DNA of 59,974 bases from an uncultured Candidatus Saccharibacteria bacterium (GTDB lineage: Bacteria > Patescibacteriota > Andersenbacteria > UBA10190), in the NCBI GenBank assembly GCA_964392095.1, contig CAYMOF010000006.1, positions 1 to 59,974 of the forward strand, in the 5' to 3' direction. This document shows, one piece after another, positions 40,489 through 49,489 of the stretch (position 1 is the stretch's first letter; every line of letters begins with the position of its first letter). The notes under the pieces were generated by a model. That model was given only the letters and a program-made list of their open reading frames with translations, had not been told where the DNA came from and made no database searches. The translations under genes and the position numbers were made by a program.

Positions 40489-42077
40489 ATACATTACCTA
40501 GACCAAAGCCTTTAGCAGTTATTGTTTTAGACGGATGGGGTGTCAGCGCGGCTAAAGAAGGAAATGCTATAGCTATGGCTAATACCCCTACTTTAGATAT
40601 GCTGGCGAAGTATTATCCGATGGCTGTTATTTCGGCAGCTGGTTTAGAGGTGGGATTAAGAGCAGGTCAGCCCGGGGATTCAGAAACCGGACACAAAAAT
40701 ATCGGCGCCGGTAAAGTACAGTATCAGATAATGGCTAGTATTGATAAGGCGATTAAAGATGGGTCTTTTTTTAAAAAACAGGCTCTTTTAGAGGCTATAA
40801 GACATGCCCAAAAAAATAATAGCGGTATTCATTTAATGGGTCTGATTTCCAGGGGAGGCGTACATTCTCATATTGAGCATTTAGAGGCTTTATTAAAATT
40901 ATTAAGAAAAAAGAGGGCTAAAAATGTTTTTATTCATATGTTTTCGGATGGCAGAGACAGCCCGCCGCAAAGCGCTTTGGGATATGCAGGTAGTACCCAA
41001 GATTTAATAGAGAAATACGGGATAGGAAATATTGCATCTGTAACAGGCAGGTTTTGGGCAATGGACAGAAATTGCAATTGGGAAAGAACAAAAGCGATGT
41101 ATGATATGTTAACAGGCGGGCCCAGGCCGCCGGGAGCAGGTTCAGCGCGGGCGGCAATTGAGGAGGCTTATCAGGATAATTTGACCGACGCCAAAATTTC
41201 GCCAACGGCAGTTACAAAGGGTGGAGCTCCGCTGGCTACTATCAGAGAGAACGATGCAGTAATCATGTTTAACTTTAGACCTGATAGATCCAGGCAATTA
41301 ACAGCTGCTTTTACCAATCCTGATAAAGTTGGTTTTAAAGCGAAAAAAATAAAAAATATTTTTTTCGCAACGCTGGCTCAATATGATCCCAAATTATCAG
41401 CTAAGGCGGCTTTCGATGAGGAGCAGGCGAAATATCCGCTAGCTCGTATAATTTCTGAAGCAGGGCTAAAACAATTACATCTAGCGGAGACGGAAAAATA
41501 TGCTCACGTTACCTATTATTTAAATGTGGGGCGAGAGGATCCGTTTCCGGGCGAAGAATGGAGGCTGATAAAATCATCAAGTGTTAAAAATTTTGCCAGG
41601 CGGCCGAGGATGGAAGCTAAGAAGATAACTGATGAATTATTAAAGGAATTTACAGAAGGTAGATATGACGTGTATTTTGTGAATTATGCCAATGCGGATA
41701 TGGTTGGACACACGGGAGATTTCCGGGCGGCCATAAAAGCCTGTGAGTATGTGGATGAGTGTGTGGGAAAGCTCCATAAAAAAATAAATAAAATTAATGG
41801 AGCTTTGCTGATAACGGCAGACCACGGTAACGCGGAAGAGATGGAGAATGAAGAGTCCGGCGAATGTATCACGGAACATTCTGTTAACCCTGTCCCTCTA
41901 CATTATGTAAGATCGAAAGTAAGAAGAATTATTCCTAAAAGCGACCAAGAAATAAATGAGCTTTGTTCCGGCCCGGTGGGAATTTTAACTGATGTAGCCC
42001 CGACGATTTTAGATATTTTGAGGTTGCAGAAGACGCCTGAAATGACTGGTATTTCGTTGCTTGGGTCCTTAAGATAA
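40485..42077 (+). CDS. gpmI: 2,3-bisphosphoglycerate-independent phosphoglycerate mutase
   Basis: VLDGWG, GDSETGH, GGVHSH, NFRPDR, AETEKYAHVT, NADMVGHTG, TADHGNAE. Confidence 0.97.
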   Translation: MNTLPRPKPLAVIVLDGWGVSAAKEGNAIAMANTPTLDMLAKYYPMAVISAAGLEVGLRAGQPGDSETGHKNIGAGKVQYQIMASIDKAIKDGSFFKKQALLEAIRHAQKNNSGIHLMGLISRGGVHSHIEHLEALLKLLRKKRAKNVFIHMFSDGRDSPPQSALGYAGSTQDLIEKYGIGNIASVTGRFWAMDRNCNWERTKAMYDMLTGGPRPPGAGSARAAIEEAYQDNLTDAKISPTAVTKGGAPLATIRENDAVIMFNFRPDRSRQLTAAFTNPDKVGFKAKKIKNIFFATLAQYDPKLSAKAAFDEEQAKYPLARIISEAGLKQLHLAETEKYAHVTYYLNVGREDPFPGEEWRLIKSSSVKNFARRPRMEAKKITDELLKEFTEGRYDVYFVNYANADMVGHTGDFRAAIKACEYVDECVGKLHKKINKINGALLITADHGNAEEMENEESGECITEHSVNPVPLHYVRSKVRRIIPKSDQEINELCSGPVGILTDVAPTILDILRLQKTPEMTGISLLGSLR

Positions 42078-42096
42078 TTTTCAAATTTCAAATTTT

Positions 42097-42123
42097 CTCA
42101 CTTTGCTCTTTGAGCTTCATGGG
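42097..42123. repeat. Short REP-like stem/internal-loop/stem palindrome
   Basis: On the - strand CCCAT-GAA-GCTC-AAA-GAGC-AAA-GTGAG, between convergent gpmI and gatA. Confidence 0.4.
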
Positions 42124-42144
42124 ACCTTCGGCAATTTTCAAAAG

Positions 42145-43614
42145 CTAGGTTTTTGATGCTGGATTGGGCTTCTTTTTATGCCATTCGGTTGATTGTTCGT
42201 AGGCGTAAGCTGTTTGAAAAAGTCTTTGCTCCTCAAAATGCGGAGCTATTAGTTGGAGTCCGACTGGTAAATTGCTGGCGAAGCCGCAGGGAACTGATAA
42301 GACCGGCAGGCCGGCTACGCTGGCCGGGACCGTTAAAACATCAGACATATACATTTTAAGAGGATCTTCTTTGCGACTGCCAAGAGGAAAAGCAACTTCT
42401 GGGGCGACCGGGCCAGTAATTATGTCTACTTCACGGAAAGCATTAAGAAATTCTTTTCTTATCATGGTCCTTACTTTGCTGGCCTGCTTATACCAGGCGT
42501 CGTAATAGCCAGTGGATAGTGAGTAGGTACCCATAAGAATTGAGCGTTTAACTTCCGGGCCGAAGTACTTACCCCGACTTTCAAAGTAGCGGTCAATTAG
42601 GCTTTTGCTTTTTAAGCTAACCCGGCCGTAGCGCAGACCATCATAGCGAGCCAAGTTAGACGCAGCTTCGGCTTTAACTAGAAGATAATAAGTCGGTATA
42701 GCGAGGTCGGTTAAAGACAATGATATTTCTTTGGTGACAGCGCCAAGCGAGTTAAGTTTTTCTATGGCTTTTTTAACGGTTTTTGAAACTTCTTTGTCGA
42801 TTCCTGCGGAGAAAAACTGTTTTGGTATGCCAATTTTCACGTCTTTTATGGATCTTCCGCAAGAGGTCATATAATTTCCTACGGGGTTAGAGCTAGTAGT
42901 GGCGTCTAATTTGTCCCGGCCAGAAATTATTTCCATTAAAAGGGCGGCGTCTTTTACGCAGTTAGCAAAAGGGCCGGCTTGATCAAAGCTGCTGGCATAG
43001 GCCAAAAGCCCGAAACGACTAACACGTCCATAGGTAGGTTTAACACCTACTATTCCACAAAAGGAGGCCGGTAAACGAATGGATCCGCCGGTGTCGGTGC
43101 CGACGGCGACTGGGACTTCTCTGCTAGCCACAGCCGCGGCGGGGCCGCCACTACTGCCCCCAGGAACACGGGAGGTATCCCAGGGATTATGGGTGGGTCC
43201 AAAAGCTGAATATTCATTACTGGAACCCATGGCAAATTCGTCTAAGTTGGCTTTGCCAATAGTAATGGCGCCTTCAGCTTCCAGGCGATTAACAACGGTG
43301 GCATTAAAAGGAGAACGAAATTTTTCCAGTATTTTTGAGGCAGCGGTGGTGTGGCCTTGAGTGGTACAGATAATGTCTTTTATCGCAATAGGAATGCCCG
43401 CTAATCGGCCAATGGTCTTTTTTTTCTTTATAGACGAATCTTGATTCTTGGCCATATTAAGAGCTTCATCGCTTAAAACTTCAATAAAAGAATTGATAGC
43501 TGGTTCAAGTTCGCCGATAGTTGACAGAGATTCATTAATTAAATCAATACAGGATATCTGACCGTCTTTTACGAGGTCCGCAATTTCATGAACAGGCTTA
43601 TCTAAGAGAGACAT
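42145..43614 (-). CDS. gatA: Asp/Glu-tRNA amidotransferase subunit A
   Basis: IAIKD, DEFAMGSS, PGGSSGG, GTDTGGSIR, SNLARYDG. Confidence 0.98.
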   Translation of the reverse strand: MSLLDKPVHEIADLVKDGQISCIDLINESLSTIGELEPAINSFIEVLSDEALNMAKNQDSSIKKKKTIGRLAGIPIAIKDIICTTQGHTTAASKILEKFRSPFNATVVNRLEAEGAITIGKANLDEFAMGSSNEYSAFGPTHNPWDTSRVPGGSSGGPAAAVASREVPVAVGTDTGGSIRLPASFCGIVGVKPTYGRVSRFGLLAYASSFDQAGPFANCVKDAALLMEIISGRDKLDATTSSNPVGNYMTSCGRSIKDVKIGIPKQFFSAGIDKEVSKTVKKAIEKLNSLGAVTKEISLSLTDLAIPTYYLLVKAEAASNLARYDGLRYGRVSLKSKSLIDRYFESRGKYFGPEVKRSILMGTYSLSTGYYDAWYKQASKVRTMIRKEFLNAFREVDIITGPVAPEVAFPLGSRKEDPLKMYMSDVLTVPASVAGLPVLSVPCGFASNLPVGLQLIAPHFEEQRLFQTAYAYEQSTEWHKKKPNPASKT

Positions 43615-43617
43615 GGA

Positions 43618-43923
43618 TTAAAAAACTGCTTTGACTTTTATGTGGTTCCGACTTACTTCCGGAGCATAATCCAGTAAGGTTTCGCTTGAGCATAAATGGT
43701 CAGGCTTGGGTTGGTCGGGGCGAGTTATGTTGGTTAGGCCTGTTACATCTTCCGAGGCGGGAGCGTTTTTGGTATCTATTTTTTGAATAGCCGCGAAGTG
43801 ACCGAGAACATCAGCCAAGCTTTGAGCGTTTTTATTAATTTCTTCCTTGCTAAGACCCAGACGGGAGAGGTTAGAAATGTGTTCTACTTCCTCGGTTGAT
43901 AAGATTTTATTTTTGTTGCTCAT
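43618..43923 (-). CDS. gatC: Asp/Glu-tRNA amidotransferase subunit C
   Basis: EVEHISNLSRL, NITRPD, IKVKAVF; upstream of gatA. Confidence 0.93.
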   Translation of the reverse strand: MSNKNKILSTEEVEHISNLSRLGLSKEEINKNAQSLADVLGHFAAIQKIDTKNAPASEDVTGLTNITRPDQPKPDHLCSSETLLDYAPEVSRNHIKVKAVF

Positions 43924-45902
43924 TTTTTTATCATTGTCTTAAACTGCGTTGGGGTCAATACTTTGACGCCAAGTTTTTGAGCTTGTTTTAGTTTGCTTCC
44001 CTGGTTTTCTCCTTTAACTAAATAATCGACGTTTTTAGAAATCGTGGAGCCGGTTTTACCGCCTTTTGTTTGAACAAGAAGTTTAGCCTCTTCCCGAGAC
44101 AAATCAGGCAAAGAGCCTGTGAAAACAAAGAGCTTGTTCTTCAGGGGTCCTTTGGTTTGGAAGCCGGTGACAATTATGCCCGCTTTTAAATATTTATTTA
44201 TCAGACGCTTAGAATAGTCGCTATTTAAGTATTTATAAACGTCTTGAGCGACTATTTCCCCAATACCACTCATTGATTGAAGCCGGTCAATGGTGGCCTG
44301 TTGAAAGTTTTTCAAAGATCCGAATTCGTTGGCTAAGTCTTGGGCGGTAACCGTGCCAACTTGAGGAATGCTAAGAGCCACAATAAAACGGTTTAAAGGA
44401 ATATTTTTATGCGACTGAATTTCGCTAATTATGTTTTGGGCTGATTTTTCCGCAAAGCCTTCGAGTGGTTCAAGGTCGCCCGTTTTTAGTTGCCATAAAT
44501 CGGGAGCGTCTTCAATTAAGCCTTTCTGGATTAACTGCTCAACTACCTTTTCTCCTAGGCCTTCTATGTCAAAAGCCTGGCGGCTTATAGCGTGAAGGAT
44601 GCGGGCGTGCTGACGGGGGAAGCAGTTTTTGTTGGGACAACGCCAGATTGTTCCTCCGGATTGTTTTATGGCCTTAGTGCCACAAATGGGGCAATGGGAA
44701 GGCATTTCAAATTTTTTTGTTTGGGGAGGCCGCAGTTTTTTTAAAGCCTTTGCCACTTCCGGAATAATATCGCCAGCTTTACGAATAATGACGGTGTCCC
44801 CTGCTCTTATGTCTTTACGTTTTATTTCTTCAGCGTTGTGGAGAGTGGCTCGAGAAACCGTGGTCCCGGCTACCGAGACCGGTTTGAGTTTAGCAACGGG
44901 GGTAAGAGCGCCGGTACGACCAACTTGAACAGATATGGCCTTAATAAGGGTGGTTGCTTCTTCAGCCGCGAATTTGTAAGCGATGGAGCCCCGAGGAGTT
45001 TTTCCGATAACGCCCAAACGATGGGCGTAATTAAGATTGTTTATTTTAATAACCGCTCCATCAACCTGAAAATGGTATTGATTCTTTTTTTTACCCAGCT
45101 TTTCCAGAAAATTCCAGACCGCCTTGAGGCTGGATAGTTTTTTGCTGTCAGGGGGAACAGGGAGGCCTAGCGCGATTAGCAGATCCAACTCTTTAGCTCG
45201 CGTTTTAAGAGGAATTCCGTCGGTAATTTCCCAAGCAAAAAAACGTAAGGGGCGATCAGCGGCCGCTTGTGGGTCGAGCTGGCGTATGGATCCGGCCGCA
45301 ATATTGCGGGGATTGGCATAGGGTGTTTGATTTGAAAGCGAGCGTTTTTTATTCATGCGCAGAAAGTCTTTTTTGTTAATAAAAATTTCTCCCCGCACTT
45401 CCAGACGACCCGCGATTTTTCTTCTTAAAGCAAGAGGTACGGACTCAATGGTGCGAATGTTATGGGTTACGTCTTCTCCGGTTGTGCCGTCTCCCCTGGT
45501 GAGAGCTTTTTTGAACTTACCGTCCTGGTAAATTAGGGATACAGCCACGCCATCTATTTTGGGTTCGACAAAATAGTCGTAATCTTGGTTGATTATTTTT
45601 TTGTTGCGCGTTTCCCATTGTTTAAGTTCTTCATAGTCAAAAGCGTCCTGGAGAGAAAGCATGCGAATTCTATGGTTGTATTGTTTAAATTTTTTAAGAG
45701 GCTCCCCCCCTACTCTTTGTGTGGGTGAATCGGGAGTAATAAGATCGGGAAATTGTTGTTCTAGCCGATGCAGTTCGTGTTTAAGGCTGTCCAGGGCAGC
45801 GTCTGAAATCTCCTGGGTATCTTTGACGTGGTAGAGATAGCGATGATGCTCTATTTCCTGTCTTAGTTTGTTTATTCTTTTGGAGGCTTTATTTTTGTCC
45901 AT
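43920..45902 (-). CDS. ligA: NAD-dependent DNA ligase
   Basis: SPTQRVG, EPKIDG, TRGDG, QVGRTG, Zn finger, HhH, BRCT. Confidence 0.99.
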   Translation of the reverse strand: MDKNKASKRINKLRQEIEHHRYLYHVKDTQEISDAALDSLKHELHRLEQQFPDLITPDSPTQRVGGEPLKKFKQYNHRIRMLSLQDAFDYEELKQWETRNKKIINQDYDYFVEPKIDGVAVSLIYQDGKFKKALTRGDGTTGEDVTHNIRTIESVPLALRRKIAGRLEVRGEIFINKKDFLRMNKKRSLSNQTPYANPRNIAAGSIRQLDPQAAADRPLRFFAWEITDGIPLKTRAKELDLLIALGLPVPPDSKKLSSLKAVWNFLEKLGKKKNQYHFQVDGAVIKINNLNYAHRLGVIGKTPRGSIAYKFAAEEATTLIKAISVQVGRTGALTPVAKLKPVSVAGTTVSRATLHNAEEIKRKDIRAGDTVIIRKAGDIIPEVAKALKKLRPPQTKKFEMPSHCPICGTKAIKQSGGTIWRCPNKNCFPRQHARILHAISRQAFDIEGLGEKVVEQLIQKGLIEDAPDLWQLKTGDLEPLEGFAEKSAQNIISEIQSHKNIPLNRFIVALSIPQVGTVTAQDLANEFGSLKNFQQATIDRLQSMSGIGEIVAQDVYKYLNSDYSKRLINKYLKAGIIVTGFQTKGPLKNKLFVFTGSLPDLSREEAKLLVQTKGGKTGSTISKNVDYLVKGENQGSKLKQAQKLGVKVLTPTQFKTMIKK

Positions 45903-46049
45903 AAAAATAATTCAGGGTGTTGTTCTTATGATACTCATTTGAGCTTGATATTATAAGGAGAGATACGAATGACGCAAATAACAACAACTATTGGTCCTTT
46001 CAAGAGGAGCCAGGGCTAACAGGCACGAATTATCTGAATAATATCAGAG

Positions 46050-46814
46050 CTAATTTAAAATAAAATTGATAATTAAGTCAGGCAGTTCAGGAAAAATAAT
46101 GAAGGCTATGGCAGTGGCAGTTAAGAAAGGGCCAAAAGGGACAGCGGTTTTAAGCGTGGCTTTTTTGGTCAGAAGCAACCAAAGGCCATAGGCTCCGCCG
46201 ACAATAAAAGAAACAAGAAGGAGAATAATGGTTGAGTAAATACCCAGCAATAGTCCAAGAGGAGCCATTAGTTTTATATCACCAATTCCTATTCCCCGCC
46301 CTTTAGTTATCAACCATAAGAATGTGAAGAAAAACGATCCCACAGCTGCTCCAATCAGTCCGGAAAAAAAAGATACCGGGGTCAAAGCAAGTATAACTAA
46401 GCAAATTACAGTTAAGGCTAGTATGTAGAGATCAGGAAGGGTGAAGGTTTTAAGATCGATAAGAAATAAAATTCCCAAGAGACAAACAATCAAGTAATTT
46501 AAGATAGAAATAATTAAAACTTCCATAGTAGGAGCGGGAGGGATGAAAATAACAACCGCAAATAAACCATAGAAAAATTCTACTAGAGGATATTGAACAG
46601 ATAAAAAGGAGCGGCAACGACTACACCGGCCGGCTAGTAGAATAAAAGACAAAATTGGAATAAGCTCCCACCACTTGAGTTTTTTGCGGCATTGCGGACA
46701 GCGAGATCTGCCGGTGGGCAGATCTTTCGGATATCTAATAACTGCAACGTTTAAAAAACTGCCAACGGCAGACCCAAGAAAAAAAACAACTGGGGTTATT
46801 AAGGGACTGGGCAT
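46050..46814 (-). CDS. pilD: Prepilin peptidase
   Basis: GSFLNV, RSRCPQC, GRCSRC, IDLK..LPD, GIGDIKL, PFGPFL. Confidence 0.96.
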   Translation of the reverse strand: MPSPLITPVVFFLGSAVGSFLNVAVIRYPKDLPTGRSRCPQCRKKLKWWELIPILSFILLAGRCSRCRSFLSVQYPLVEFFYGLFAVVIFIPPAPTMEVLIISILNYLIVCLLGILFLIDLKTFTLPDLYILALTVICLVILALTPVSFFSGLIGAAVGSFFFTFLWLITKGRGIGIGDIKLMAPLGLLLGIYSTIILLLVSFIVGGAYGLWLLLTKKATLKTAVPFGPFLTATAIAFIIFPELPDLIINFILN

Positions 46815-47242
46815 TGGTGCGGGGTTGTAGCGGGACAAGCGCTGTCAACAATCTTAAAAACAGCCCCGGCGTCAACGCAGTAATATTTGCCTGATTCGCT
46901 TAAAAGAGGCGCACTGACGCAGTGGTTTTGAATTTCGGAGTCCCTGATTACGGTCACGTCCGTTCCCCCGTAGGCATCGTCGATTTCGTTTTTTAGTTGC
47001 TCTAAATTATCCTGTATGTCCGGAAAAGTAGTCCAGTTTTCAAAGCCGTTATCCTGCGAATTGTAAACGAGTTCAGCTAACCAGCGCAGTTGGCTTACGC
47101 CGTTTCTGATACGAGCGTCGGCCGCTTTCTTACGGCTGTTGTCGGCAACGGCAAAGACCAGCGCGGCTAATATGCCGATGATAGCTATAACGACCAGGAG
47201 CTCTATTAATGAGAAGCCTTTTTGCTTAAATTTTTTTCTCAT
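46799..47242 (-). CDS. Type IV pilin-like protein (minor)
   Basis: [20 protein letters not shown]-terminal cysteines. Confidence 0.93.
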   Translation of the reverse strand: MRKKFKQKGFSLIELLVVIAIIGILAALVFAVADNSRKKAADARIRNGVSQLRWLAELVYNSQDNGFENWTTFPDIQDNLEQLKNEIDDAYGGTDVTVIRDSEIQNHCVSAPLLSESGKYYCVDAGAVFKIVDSACPATTPHQCPVP

Positions 47243-47282
47243 CTTGAATGAAAGTGTATCATAAATAAGCTGATTGAGGTAT

Positions 47283-47315
47283 TAAAAACACTCGCGGATT
47301 TGCCGCGAGTGTTTT
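47283..47315 (-). terminator. Terminator between the two pilin genes
   Basis: Perfect 13-bp inverted repeat AAAACACTCGCGG/CCGCGAGTGTTTT. Confidence 0.8.
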
Positions 47316-47336
47316 ACTTGCTTTTAAGAAATCAGA

Positions 47337-47801
47337 TTATGGACAGGCTGTGGCAGAATCACCGCAAGTGGCAGTGGCGCTTTCGGTAAATTCTCCGCTT
47401 GAGTCAACACAGATATAAGAATCGGTGCTTGTCTTCAGGTTAGAACTGATGCAAAACGCTGATGAAGAGGCGTTGGTGTCAAAGTCCAAGGCCGTTGTTC
47501 CAACAGCGCTAGCCAGATCAGATCTTAAGGAAGTGACGGAGTCTTCAATGCCGCCAACACAATTAGATGAGTCGGGGCTGTCAAAACATGTATCAAGACC
47601 TGCGTAAGAAGCATCGTTAGAGTCATAATAGACTTCAGCCAAAGTACGCAACTGACCAATGTTGGATTTCACTCGAGCGTCGTTAGCTTTGTCTCTCGCG
47701 TTACCCAGAGCAACAAGCACTAAGGCGGCGAGGATACCAATAATGGCAATGACAACTAACAATTCAATGAGGGTGAAACCTTTAGAAAGTTTTTTATTCA
47801 T
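47337..47801 (-). CDS. Type IV pilin, probable major pilin
   Basis: [19 protein letters not shown]; strong SD GAGGAGGTGA, TG-TACTAT extended -10, own terminator. Confidence 0.94.
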   Translation of the reverse strand: MNKKLSKGFTLIELLVVIAIIGILAALVLVALGNARDKANDARVKSNIGQLRTLAEVYYDSNDASYAGLDTCFDSPDSSNCVGGIEDSVTSLRSDLASAVGTTALDFDTNASSSAFCISSNLKTSTDSYICVDSSGEFTESATATCGDSATACP

Positions 47802-47902
47802 TTGCTACCCTCACCTCCTCTCATAATTTGAATGTGATTTTTCCACATGCGACCGTGAGTTAATAGTACCATAAAGTAGTTTTAGTAAGAAGGTTTGATT
47901 TA

Positions 47903-48952
47903 TTATCTGTTTATTTTTCTGTCGGTTGAGAAAAAGGGCATGGCATCTTCGACAACAACGGCGTCATTGTCAACTAATGATTGCAGGCTGGCATCTAAAG
48001 TCTGCATGCCAATTTGGGAGTTGGTTTGAATAATGCCGGGGAGTTGATGAATTTCTCCTTCTCTAATGACATTTCTAATGGCGGTAGTGGCAATCATGAT
48101 TTCCACTGCCGGAACACGCCCGCCTTCTTTTAGAGGAATAAGTCTTTGAGAAACGACCCCTGATAAAACGGAGGCGAGTTGGGAGCGGATTTGGCTTTGT
48201 TGTCCAGTAGGAAAAGAATCGATAATTCTTTCGACTGTTTCGGAAGCGTTGTTGGTGTGGAGCGTGGAGAGAACAAGGTGACCGGTTTCGGCTAAAGTGA
48301 GCGCGGTACGCATAGAATCAAGGTCGCGCAATTCGCCAATTAGTATAACGTTGGGGTCTTGGCGCAAGGTGGCTTTGATGGCTTCTTCAAAAGTAGGCGC
48401 GTCTTTGCCGATTTCACGTTGGTCAATGATTGATTTAGAGTCTTGGAACTGATATTCAATGGGATCTTCAATAGTTAAGATGTGTTCTTTTCTGTTTTGG
48501 TTTATGTGGTTAATTAGAGCCGCTAAAGTGGTGGTTTTGCCGTGCCCGGCCGGACCGGCGGCCAGAACAAACCCTTGTTTTTGTTCGGCAAACTGTAAAA
48601 TATGGCTGGGCAAATGAAGCTCTTCAACGCTTAGAATTTCTCTCGGGATGAGTCGTAAAGCGGCAGAGCGTGTGCCTTCCGCGAAGAAAACATTAATTCG
48701 AAAACGAGTGCGGTCTGGCAGAGAATAAGAAAAGTCGGCCTGTTGATATTTTTCTAAATATTCTTTGGCTCGTTCGTTTTCGGAGAGTAGGCCGTCAATT
48801 AAATTATCAGAGTCTTTAAGAGCAAGTCTGTCTTCAGTTACTTTTTTTAGCTGGCCGTGGACACGAAAAAAGGGGGGGCGATAGGGAGAGATATGCACAT
48901 CAGATGCTTGGGCCTCTTTTGCTTCGCGAAGAAGGTCGTCTATTCGATGCAT
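47903..48952 (-). CDS. pilT: Type IV pilus retraction ATPase PilT
   Basis: GPAGHGKTT, TIEDPIEY, LRQDP..GELRD, ETGHLVLSTLHT, AIRNVIRE. Confidence 0.95.
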   Translation of the reverse strand: MHRIDDLLREAKEAQASDVHISPYRPPFFRVHGQLKKVTEDRLALKDSDNLIDGLLSENERAKEYLEKYQQADFSYSLPDRTRFRINVFFAEGTRSAALRLIPREILSVEELHLPSHILQFAEQKQGFVLAAGPAGHGKTTTLAALINHINQNRKEHILTIEDPIEYQFQDSKSIIDQREIGKDAPTFEEAIKATLRQDPNVILIGELRDLDSMRTALTLAETGHLVLSTLHTNNASETVERIIDSFPTGQQSQIRSQLASVLSGVVSQRLIPLKEGGRVPAVEIMIATTAIRNVIREGEIHQLPGIIQTNSQIGMQTLDASLQSLVDNDAVVVEDAMPFFSTDRKINR

Positions 48953-49009
48953 AGCTAAAAACGTTAGTGTTTGTTTATATTTTAAAGCTGAAAAGAATTT
49001 ACTAAATGT

Positions 49010-49399
49010 TTATTTGGCTTTTTCTAAAACTTTTTTAATTTTTTCGACAACTTCCGTGGGGGTAAAGTGGGCTTTGATAATGTAATCATTAGCATCCAGG
49101 TTAACGCCTCTTTCCACATCGGGTTTTTGCCCTAAATTGGTAAGCAAGATAACCGGCAAGTTTTTTGTTCTCTCTTCTTTTCTTAAAAGCTCAAGAATTT
49201 CAAAGCCGTCTCTCTCGGGAAGAACGATGTCCAGAAGAACCAGGTCCGGCAGAGGGTCTTCCTGGAGTTTTTGCCAGGCGCTTTCACCGTTGTCAAAGAA
49301 GACAACTTCATAACCTAAATTAGTAAGCTTGGTTCTATACATGCCGGAGATAAAAGAATCGTCTTCTACTAACATGATGGTGTAATTTTTTTGCTCCAT
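49010..49399 (-). CDS. Single-domain response regulator (receiver)
   Basis: LVEDD, LLDIVLP, LLTN, YIIKAHFTP. Confidence 0.95.
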   Translation of the reverse strand: MEQKNYTIMLVEDDSFISGMYRTKLTNLGYEVVFFDNGESAWQKLQEDPLPDLVLLDIVLPERDGFEILELLRKEERTKNLPVILLTNLGQKPDVERGVNLDANDYIIKAHFTPTEVVEKIKKVLEKAK

Positions 49400-49489
49400 A
49401 AATATTTTGGTATTTAAATAATTATACGTCGATGTTATTATGATACCTTAGATTATTTTAGCAGAATACCGCATTTCTTGGTAACAAAA

